Shown: positions 28,234 through 36,374 of the stretch, piece by piece
Layout of the letters: every line of letters starts with the position of its first letter
Position numbering within the stretch: the stretch's first letter is position 1
Origin: an uncultured Clostridia bacterium
GTDB lineage: Bacteria; Bacillota; Clostridia; TANB77; CAG-508
NCBI GenBank assembly: GCA_947628735.1
Contig: CANRAY010000001.1
Location: 74,391 to 138,390 of the forward strand
DNA length: 64,000 nt
Direction of reading: 5' to 3'
Notes under the pieces: model-generated
Told to the model about the DNA's origin: nothing
Databases searched by the model: none
Seen by the model: only the letters and a program-made list of their open reading frames with translations
Position numbers and translations under genes: made by a program

Positions 28234-28905
28234 TTATTCTAAAATAAGCTCAGCTTTATCATTAATATATGCTGATGTTTTAATAGTAGTAATTTCTCCC
28301 TCTTCTTCTTTTTCTACTTCTTTTACTATATCTGCAATTCTAATTTGTCTAGCACTAATAGTTACTGCTTCTATAACAGCATCTCTATTTCCTTTTGCTC
28401 CTGCATGAGCCAAACCTCTTAATTCACCTACTACTATAATATTTTCTCCTGCTATTACTTCTGCACCTGGATTAACATCACCTATAATAACCAAACTTCC
28501 TTCATATTCAATTTTTTGACCTGAACGCAAAGAACCTTTATGGAATTTGGTTTCTGATGTAGCAACATCTTTATAAAAAGATTTTTTTATTCCATGTAAT
28601 CCTAATACTTTTGGACTGTCAAATTCAATTTGAACATCAATGAATTGCTTTATTAAAGATTGTATTTCATCCATTTCTTTATTTTTTAGAACTTTTCCAA
28701 TAACCAAAATTGGTGTTTTATCGTCTTGGTAAAGATTTTTTAATTCAATCATTTTCTTTTTCAAGTTTGCAATAATTTCTTTTTGTTCTGCATCATCCTC
28801 AATTTTAATAATTACTTGATCTTTTTTCATGCTAATTGTAACACTATTTTTTAACATATTTTCTACATCCTTTCTATCGAACACTTTGCGTACTTGGTAC
28901 TGCAT
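28234..28905 (-). CDS. minC: Septum site-determining protein MinC
   Basis: C-terminal beta-helix motif GSLRSGQKIEYEGSLVIIGDVNPGAEVIAGENIIVVGELRGLAHAGAKGN. The true start may be the ATG at 28857 (MLKNSV...). Confidence 0.85.
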   Translation of the reverse strand: MQYQVRKVFDRKDVENMLKNSVTISMKKDQVIIKIEDDAEQKEIIANLKKKMIELKNLYQDDKTPILVIGKVLKNKEMDEIQSLIKQFIDVQIEFDSPKVLGLHGIKKSFYKDVATSETKFHKGSLRSGQKIEYEGSLVIIGDVNPGAEVIAGENIIVVGELRGLAHAGAKGNRDAVIEAVTISARQIRIADIVKEVEKEEEGEITTIKTSAYINDKAELILE

Positions 28906-30973
28906 TCATATTCTCTGTAATTGAATTTGCATTCATTCCAAAATATTCTGCCATTATTTTTTTAGCAACTTCTGCCGTATATCCTCCGGTTCCACCATGT
29001 TCTACAATAACAGCAACAGCAATTTCCGGATCATCATATGGTGCAAAACCTAAGAACCATGCATGTGCATCTTCTTTTCCATTTTCTTCTGTTTGAGCAG
29101 ATCCTGTTTTTCCACCTACGTCAATGTCAAAATCTGCAAAAGTAGAATATGCTGTTCCGCCGTATTCACTTGTAACACCCTTCATACCTTTTAAAATTGC
29201 CTGTATATTTTCAGGTTTAATATTTAAATCTTCTACTGTTTCATTTGTCGTTCCTAATTTTTGACTAACATATTTGTCAATTTCTTCTCTTGGTACTTCT
29301 GTACCATCAGGTCTAATAATGGATTTTATTAATGTAACATCTATATTTTTCCCACCATTTGCAAGCATACTAATATATTTTGCCATTTGAACTGGAGAAT
29401 AACTATTATAACTTTGACCTATCGCTGCAGATAGTGTATCTCCTTCATACCAATCTGCATTATCTATTTCTTTCGCAGTTTGAGGATTTGCCTGTGTTCC
29501 ACTAGTTTCCCCTGAAAGTTCAATTCCTGTTTTATTTCCTAATCCCAAATAACTAGCATATCTTGCCATATCATCAATTCCTACACGATATCCTACTTCA
29601 TAAAAGAAATAATTACAAGATTGAGTAATTGCCTGTGATACATTTAGATAACCATGGCCTGATCCATAACTTGTATAATACCAACATACTGGATTATAAG
29701 CCCTTGGATAAATTCCTATATCATTAATATATGTAGTAGGTGTTATTTTTCCTGTTTCCAAACCTGCTAATGCAACTGCCATTTTAAATGTTGAACCGGG
29801 TGCATAACTTCCAGATACAGCTCTATTATAAAAATTATCTCCCTTTAAATATGAATCATATGTTTTTTGATCAATTCCATCTCTAAATAGTTCTGGTGTA
29901 TAATCTGGATAACTAACTAATGAAAGAACTTCACCTGTTTTTACATTCATAACAACAACAGCTCCTGCATCTGCATCATGCTTATCTCCAAATTTTCCAG
30001 CTCTAATATCTTTCATATTCTTCTCTAGTGCTTCTTCAGCAACTTTTTGTAAATTTGCATCAATTGTTAAAACGACATCTGAACCTGCAACCGCTTCTTC
30101 TGTAACATATTCATCTGTAATTGTTCCATCAACACTCATATCAAGCTGTTTGATACCATCTTTTCCTTTTAAATAGTCTTCAAATACATATTGAATTCCC
30201 ATTTTTCCTATAATATCATCATTACTATATGTATCTTTACGTGTTTCGTATTCCTCACTATCAATAGCAGCAACATATCCTAATACATGTGAAGCTAAAT
30301 TTCCCATTTTATATGTAACAATTGGTTGTGTAAAAACATTAATACCGGCTAATTCACTATTTTGTTCTCTAATTTTTACAGCACTATTTCTACTAATATT
30401 ACTTGCTATTTTTACAGATCGTATTGCACTATATCCATTTCGTGTAATTTCATAACGTATTGCCATTATATTTCTTGCTAATTGATTATCTTCTGTTGTA
30501 ATTTTATATCTTTCTTTTAAATGGTAAAAGGTTTGTTCCGCTGAATAACTTTTATCAATTTCATATGTTTCTTTCCAGTCATCTATTGTTGACTGTTCTT
30601 GGTAACTAAATGCAAAAGGTTCTATTTTAATAGGAAGGTTATCCACATATTTATCATTATTTTCCTCTAAAATTCGAATTGCTGTTTCAATTGCTTTATT
30701 AAGAGTTTCATCATCTACTTTTGTTCGATAAATTTCTAGTCCAAAACCAATTTCATTTGCTACTAAATCAACACCTGTTCTATCTTTAATACTTCCTCTT
30801 GCAGCTTTTAAAACAGATTCTCTAGTTAGTCTAGTATTAGATGTTTCTCTATATTCTTCTCCATGTACAATTTGTAAATTGAAAAGTTGAATTAATAATA
30901 TAATTCCTACAATATATATAATTGTAGTAATCAAATTATATCGTAATTTCATTCTTTTATTTACTTTATCCAA
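28874..30973 (-). CDS. mrdA: Penicillin-binding protein 2 (elongasome transpeptidase)
   Basis: N-terminal TM helix with SxxK (STFK), SxN (SCN) and KTG (KTGSA) motifs. Sits directly after mreBCD. TTG start after GGAAGGTGAG. Confidence 0.9.
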   Translation of the reverse strand: MDKVNKRMKLRYNLITTIIYIVGIILLIQLFNLQIVHGEEYRETSNTRLTRESVLKAARGSIKDRTGVDLVANEIGFGLEIYRTKVDDETLNKAIETAIRILEENNDKYVDNLPIKIEPFAFSYQEQSTIDDWKETYEIDKSYSAEQTFYHLKERYKITTEDNQLARNIMAIRYEITRNGYSAIRSVKIASNISRNSAVKIREQNSELAGINVFTQPIVTYKMGNLASHVLGYVAAIDSEEYETRKDTYSNDDIIGKMGIQYVFEDYLKGKDGIKQLDMSVDGTITDEYVTEEAVAGSDVVLTIDANLQKVAEEALEKNMKDIRAGKFGDKHDADAGAVVVMNVKTGEVLSLVSYPDYTPELFRDGIDQKTYDSYLKGDNFYNRAVSGSYAPGSTFKMAVALAGLETGKITPTTYINDIGIYPRAYNPVCWYYTSYGSGHGYLNVSQAITQSCNYFFYEVGYRVGIDDMARYASYLGLGNKTGIELSGETSGTQANPQTAKEIDNADWYEGDTLSAAIGQSYNSYSPVQMAKYISMLANGGKNIDVTLIKSIIRPDGTEVPREEIDKYVSQKLGTTNETVEDLNIKPENIQAILKGMKGVTSEYGGTAYSTFADFDIDVGGKTGSAQTEENGKEDAHAWFLGFAPYDDPEIAVAVIVEHGGTGGYTAEVAKKIMAEYFGMNANSITENMNAVPSTQSVR

Positions 30974-30996
30974 CTTCTCACCTTCCTTCTTCTAAA

Positions 30997-31530
30997 TTAA
31001 AAGTACCTTGTTAAAATATTTTTTGATTTAAACACATTTTCTAATGCATAACCTAATTTTCTAATTAATGGATAAATAATAACAATAATAAGTACATTAT
31101 AAATCATTTCTACTATTAAGATTTTTGCAAAACTAAAAATTTCTATTGGAAGCCCTAAACGTATAATATTAAAGATATATCCACCAATTTCATAAATAGC
31201 AGTACAACCTGCTACCATCAACATAATTGTAAATCTACTTTCTTTTGAAAAATTTCTATCTAGATATTCTCCTATCATCCCAATCATTGCTAATAATATA
31301 CCTGAAATTCCGATAGTTCTACCTAATAATAAATCCAAATATAGACCTAAGATCAAACCGAAAATAGCACCTATATTTTTACCAGTAAATAGACCAATAA
31401 ACAGAATAAAAATAATAAATAAATTTGGCTGAATTCCTGCTATTGTAAACCAACTAAAAAAATTTGCTTGTAAAAAATATATTATAAAAAATGCTATTAT
31501 TAAATATATTATTGCCAAAACTTTTTTCAA
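30997..31530 (-). CDS. mreD: Rod shape-determining protein MreD
   Basis: 177-aa polytopic membrane protein immediately downstream of mreC. Confidence 0.8.
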   Translation of the reverse strand: MKKVLAIIYLIIAFFIIYFLQANFFSWFTIAGIQPNLFIIFILFIGLFTGKNIGAIFGLILGLYLDLLLGRTIGISGILLAMIGMIGEYLDRNFSKESRFTIMLMVAGCTAIYEIGGYIFNIIRLGLPIEIFSFAKILIVEMIYNVLIIVIIYPLIRKLGYALENVFKSKNILTRYF

Positions 31531-31553
31531 TTGGCTCCCTCCTTGCTTTATTT

Positions 31554-32381
31554 TTACTGTGCATTATCTTTTAAGATAACTAAAACTGTATCTAACTTGC
31601 GAAAATCAACAGCAGTTTCAACTATTGCATATCTATCTGTAATATTATTTGTATTAACCACATCACGAATTGTTCCTATATGAATTCCTCTTGGATAAAT
31701 TCCACCTATTCCAGATGTTTCTACATTATCTCCCTGTAAAACACTTGCATCTGTTGGAATATAAGTTGCTCTTAATATTGTATTATCTTCCAGCGTTCCT
31801 TGTACAACAATTGTATCTTTTGTAGTGCTAATAGTACTAGTAACCGCTGTAGCAGGATCAATAATTGTTTGAACTTTTGCAGTATGTTCTGTAACAGAAA
31901 TAACATGTCCTACTAATCCTTCATCTGCAATAACTGTCATATTTTTCTTAATTCCATCTGCTGATCCAACATTAATAATAACAGTATTACTATAATTTGT
32001 GATATCTCTATTGATAATATAAGCTGGTACAGTTACATAATTTTGATATTTATCTTTTAAATCAACATATTCTTTTAATGTTTCATTTTCTGCTTTTACA
32101 ACCTCAAATTCTCTTAGTGTTTGTTCTAATTCACTATTTTTCTTTTTTAATTCATCATTTTCTGCTTGTAAAGTTTCTATACTTTCAAAAAAGCTATTAT
32201 TCCCTGCTATTTTATTTTTCAAATATGTTAATCCATTTTGAATTGGCATAACTATATTATTTACTAGATTTTCTATATATGACATTTTGGATACTTCTGT
32301 ATTTGTTGCAACTACTAGTAAAATCAGAATAATAATAGTTATAATAATACCAATAATTCCTGTTTTTTTGCTTTTATACAT
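31554..32381 (-). CDS. mreC: Rod shape-determining protein MreC
   Basis: N-terminal TM helix, a coiled coil (LQAENDELKKKNSELEQTLRE) and a beta-rich C-terminus with GLVGHV and GIYPRGIHIG motifs. Confidence 0.9.
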   Translation of the reverse strand: MYKSKKTGIIGIIITIIILILLVVATNTEVSKMSYIENLVNNIVMPIQNGLTYLKNKIAGNNSFFESIETLQAENDELKKKNSELEQTLREFEVVKAENETLKEYVDLKDKYQNYVTVPAYIINRDITNYSNTVIINVGSADGIKKNMTVIADEGLVGHVISVTEHTAKVQTIIDPATAVTSTISTTKDTIVVQGTLEDNTILRATYIPTDASVLQGDNVETSGIGGIYPRGIHIGTIRDVVNTNNITDRYAIVETAVDFRKLDTVLVILKDNAQ

Positions 32382-32397
32382 ATTTCTCTCCTAAACT

Positions 32398-33429
32398 CTA
32401 CTTTCTCTTTCTAGAATTTATTAAAACTGTTTTTAATTTTTCTAAATCTTCTAAAGTTTTTCCCGTTCCTTTAACAACACATTGTAAAGGATCTTCTGCA
32501 ACATACACTGGCATTTCAGTACAAATAGATAATAATTTATCCAAATTCTTAATAAGGGCACCTCCACCAGATAAAATGATTCCTTTTTCCATAATATCTG
32601 ATGATAATTCTGGTGGTGTTCTTTCTAGAGTTTGCTTAACAACTTCTACTATTTTTTCAATAGATTCTCTAATAGCTGCCTCTACTTCTGTTGAAGTAAT
32701 TTGAATAGTTTCAGGAAGTCCTGTAGTTAAATCTCTACCTCTTACTTCCATACTAGCCTCTGTAACTAATGGCATTGCACATCCTATTTCTTTCTTTATT
32801 TCTTCTGCTGTAGTTTCACCTATTGCTAAATTTTTTTCTCGTTTCACATAGTTAATAATATCTTCATCTAATTCATCACCAGCAATACGAATAGAATTAC
32901 TAACAACGATTCCTCCTAATGAAATAACAGCGACTTCAGTTGTACCTCCTCCGATATCAACTATGATATTTCCATTTGGTTCTGCAATATCCATATTAGC
33001 TCCAATTGCAGCTGCCATTGGTTCTTCTATTAAATATACTTCTCTTGCACCTGCTTGTAAAACAGATTCCTCCACTGCTCTTTCTTCTACTTCCGTAATA
33101 CCAGAAGGAACTCCTACAACTACTCTTGGCTTTCCTATATTATAACGTTGAGCGATTCTTTCAATAATATTCTTTAATAATAACTGTGTTGCAGTAAAAT
33201 CTGCAATAACCCCATCTTTTAAAGGTTTAACTGCCTTAATTTCTTCTGGTGTTCTTCCTAACATTTCTCTTGCCTCTTCACCAGTTGCAACAATATTCTG
33301 TGTTTTACGATTTATAGCTACAACAGAAGGCTCATTTAAAATAATGCCCTTCCCTTTTAATGTAACTAAAATATTAGCAGTTCCTAAATCTATTCCAATA
33401 TCTTTTGAGCCAAATCCAAATAATTTCAT
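32398..33429 (-). CDS. mreB: Rod shape-determining actin homologue MreB
   Basis: DIGIDLGTANILV, VAVPSGITEVEERAV-like and DIGGGTTEVAVISLGG motifs. Confidence 0.95.
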   Translation of the reverse strand: MKLFGFGSKDIGIDLGTANILVTLKGKGIILNEPSVVAINRKTQNIVATGEEAREMLGRTPEEIKAVKPLKDGVIADFTATQLLLKNIIERIAQRYNIGKPRVVVGVPSGITEVEERAVEESVLQAGAREVYLIEEPMAAAIGANMDIAEPNGNIIVDIGGGTTEVAVISLGGIVVSNSIRIAGDELDEDIINYVKREKNLAIGETTAEEIKKEIGCAMPLVTEASMEVRGRDLTTGLPETIQITSTEVEAAIRESIEKIVEVVKQTLERTPPELSSDIMEKGIILSGGGALIKNLDKLLSICTEMPVYVAEDPLQCVVKGTGKTLEDLEKLKTVLINSRKRK

Positions 33430-34130
33430 TTTTTAATCACCTTTCCTACTTTCAAGTCATAAAAAATACTTTCGAATGTTTCATCTCCTAATATAATATG
33501 GTCTAATAATTCCACTCCCATAATATCTGCTGCTTTTTTTAAATTTAGTGTAAAGTCAATATCTGATTGACTAGGAGTAGCATCTCCACTTGGATGATTA
33601 TGTACTAAAATTATCTTTGGTGCTCCTATCTTAATAGCTTCTATTAAAGCATCTTTTGGCGTTAACATAACACTATTAGTAGCACCAAAACATATATCGA
33701 CAATCTTCAGTACAATATTTTTTGTGTTTAGTACTACTACTTTTACAATTTCTCTTTTTTCGTATTTTAACTCATTCATTAATAAATTTGCGATATCTTT
33801 TGGAGAATTAATTCGTATTGGGCAATCACTAATTGGCTTTGAAATTCTCTTTGCAAATTCACAGACTGCTTTCATTTGAATTGCTTTTACTCTTCCAATT
33901 CCTTTTATCTTTTTGAAATCTTCTATAGACATATCTTGAATAAATCTCAAAGTATGTTCTTTTTTATTATGCATAGAAAGTACTCTTTGAGCAATTGCAA
34001 GTGAACTTTCTTCCTTTGTGCCACTTTTGATAATGATTGCAAGTAATTCTGCATTAGATAATGTATGTGCACCATACATTTCTAACTTTTCATAAGGTCT
34101 TTCTGAAATAGGGAGTTGTTTCATTTTCAT
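33426..34130 (-). CDS. radC: RadC-family JAMM protein (UPF0758)
   Basis: HhH region ELLAIIIKSG and the JAMM motif VHNHPSGDATPSQSD. Canonical position upstream of mreB. Confidence 0.9.
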   Translation of the reverse strand: MKMKQLPISERPYEKLEMYGAHTLSNAELLAIIIKSGTKEESSLAIAQRVLSMHNKKEHTLRFIQDMSIEDFKKIKGIGRVKAIQMKAVCEFAKRISKPISDCPIRINSPKDIANLLMNELKYEKREIVKVVVLNTKNIVLKIVDICFGATNSVMLTPKDALIEAIKIGAPKIILVHNHPSGDATPSQSDIDFTLNLKKAADIMGVELLDHIILGDETFESIFYDLKVGKVIKK

Positions 34131-34189
34131 AGAATTTCCTTTCTTATGCCCCCTATATAAAAGAAAAAAATATAAATGAATCTAAAAAA

Positions 34190-34447
34190 TTATACTTTTC
34201 GATAAATAAAGATAGCAAGTACCATTCCTATAATACTTGAAATCGTTATTTTAAACATAAATCCAAATGAAAGTGTGATAACACTTAAATTTAATTCAAC
34301 TGGTTGTGAAATTCCAAAAGATTGTCCATAAGATAACCACCATAAGAAATCTACTTTTGAGGCAAACTCACCAATCAATCCTCCTACAACAATTCCACAT
34401 AGTATAAATAATATTAGTATCCATACATTTTTTTCTCTTGTTGCCAT
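34190..34447 (-). CDS. Small membrane protein (DUF4321-like)
   Basis: 85 aa with two or three TM segments. The size and position next to radC are typical of Clostridia. Confidence 0.6.
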   Translation of the reverse strand: MATREKNVWILILFILCGIVVGGLIGEFASKVDFLWWLSYGQSFGISQPVELNLSVITLSFGFMFKITISSIIGMVLAIFIYRKV

Positions 34448-34722
34448 ATTATTTCCTCCTAAGTTTTTACATAAAATTTTTCTTCTATTTTTCTTAATAT
34501 CTGTTCATTTTTATACTCCAATATTATATATTGCCTAGTGATTTTTTTCAATACTAATAGGAAATATTTTCTATTTATTTTTATAATAATATATGCTACA
34601 ATAATATGTATACACAATTATTTAAAAAAGTCTTTCATTTTAATTTACTTTATGTTATATTTATTAGTACATTTTTATAAAAAATTAATATGATATATAA
34701 AAACATTTATGGAGGCAGACAA

Positions 34723-35379
34723 ATGAAATTTGAAAAACTTAGTGAAAACAAACTAAGAATCATTTTATCTATAAAAGATTTAGAAGAAAAAGATATTAGT
34801 TTTCATGATTTTATGACAAATTCTTTTGAAACCCAAGATCTTTTCTTAGATATTTTGGAAGAAGCCGAAGAAAAAGTAGGATTTAATACAAAAAATTATA
34901 AGGTTAAAATTGAAGCTTTAGCAATGACTGATATGGATTTTATTGTTACTATAACTCGTATGACACCAGAAATAAATAAATCTACTTCAGATATATCTAC
35001 AAGGAAAAAATTTAAAGTACGTAGAAAACAAACAAAACCAGAATTAGAACAAGCAATTTATCGATTTAATTCTTTTGATGATTATTGTAGCTTTTTACAA
35101 TGTTTATCACAAAATCATTTAATTACTTCAATAAACATTGCTCAAAATATTATACTTTATTTTTATAAGAAACAATATTATTTAGTACTAAATAACATTA
35201 ATATAGAATACCCAAATCTAAAAAAATTCTATTCTTCAATTGTAGAATTTGCTACATATATTAATAACGCAAATTTATTCTTCGCTAAATTGCAAGAATG
35301 TGGAAATTTAATTATAAAACATAATGCTTTAAAAAGCAGTTTAATACACTTTACCAACATAAAAAAAGAGGAGAAATAA
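34723..35379 (+). CDS. mecA: Adaptor protein MecA
   Basis: MKFEKLSENKLRIILSIKDLEEKDISFHDF N-terminal domain typical of MecA. GGAGG lies before the ATG at 34723. Confidence 0.8.
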   Translation: MKFEKLSENKLRIILSIKDLEEKDISFHDFMTNSFETQDLFLDILEEAEEKVGFNTKNYKVKIEALAMTDMDFIVTITRMTPEINKSTSDISTRKKFKVRRKQTKPELEQAIYRFNSFDDYCSFLQCLSQNHLITSINIAQNIILYFYKKQYYLVLNNINIEYPNLKKFYSSIVEFATYINNANLFFAKLQECGNLIIKHNALKSSLIHFTNIKKEEK

Positions 35380-35433
35380 AAAAAGAGTTCCTAAAATGAA
35401 ACTATTTATTAGTTCATATTAGGAACTTTTATA

Positions 35434-36351
35434 TTATATGTTTTTATACTCTTTATATTTTTTATAAAAAATAACTGTAAGCATTACTAAAAAGGTAATC
35501 ATAACAAAAATAACAATTTTAAAAATGTGACTTTCTCCTGTTTGTGGTAATACATCAGGCGAACTAGTATAACTATTATTATTTTCTATTACTACACTAT
35601 TAATGCTTCCATTGCCATTATTGCCATTTTCTCCATTACTACTATTTACATTGTTGTCACTTCCATTACTACCGTTTCCATTATTGTTGCTATTATTGTT
35701 GTTGCCTCCACTACCATTATCCCCATTATTGTTATCTCCATTATTGCCATTTTCATTGCTGTCACTTTCTTCACTTCCATTGCCATTTTCATTTTCATTA
35801 CCGTGTTCATTTCCATCGCCATTTTCTTCTTCTCCACTATTATCTTCATCTGTATTTTGATCTCCACTTGGTGTAGAGTCTCCAATAACTTCCACTTGAG
35901 TGCTAATAGATTCAATTGTTTGTTGAGAATTTGTTTCTGCATCTGTATCTATTAAAATATTATTTACAGAAATATTAGCAATAGCCCCAATAGTTGCAGT
36001 ATCTTTTACTTTAAATGTAATCATATAAACATCAGAATCTGTTATTTTTGAAGTACTATTACATAATACAGTAATTTGATTGTCTACTCCTAAATTTGCC
36101 CATTGTGTGGCATCTATAAGTCCCGCATTTACTAATTCCAGATTTTTCATATCATAAGTATATTCTCCAGTAATTCCATTAATTCCATCTTCTGATGAAA
36201 CTGAAATTATAACAGTAAAAGTTTCTCCTTTTTTTACCTTATCCTTACTAGTTTCTAAAGTTACATTTGCAGTTGAATTAGCTAATACTTGAATATTTAG
36301 CATAAAAAGCGATATTACAATAATTATTAAAACAGTAAATATTTTCTTCAT
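35434..36351 (-). CDS. LPXTG-anchored cohesin-domain surface protein
   Basis: Signal peptide and a cohesin-like beta-sandwich (VTLETSKDKVKKGETFTVIISVSSEDGINGITGEYTYDMKNLELV...VYMITFKVKDTATIGAIANISV). A G/N/S/D/E low-complexity stalk follows. LPQTG (35536-35550) precedes a TM helix and a KKYKEYK tail. Confidence 0.75.
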   Translation of the reverse strand: MKKIFTVLIIIVISLFMLNIQVLANSTANVTLETSKDKVKKGETFTVIISVSSEDGINGITGEYTYDMKNLELVNAGLIDATQWANLGVDNQITVLCNSTSKITDSDVYMITFKVKDTATIGAIANISVNNILIDTDAETNSQQTIESISTQVEVIGDSTPSGDQNTDEDNSGEEENGDGNEHGNENENGNGSEESDSNENGNNGDNNNGDNGSGGNNNNSNNNGNGSNGSDNNVNSSNGENGNNGNGSINSVVIENNNSYTSSPDVLPQTGESHIFKIVIFVMITFLVMLTVIFYKKYKEYKNI

Positions 36352-36374
36352 TGCTTTTTCTCCTCTTTTCATTA

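Noticed and set aside
35603-35942. Two overlapping ORFs (35603-35860 plus strand, 35646-35942 minus strand) inside the cohesin gene.
   Set aside because: They are alternative-frame readings of the G/N/S/D/E low-complexity stalk repeat. The frame giving signal peptide, cohesin and LPQTG is the coherent one.
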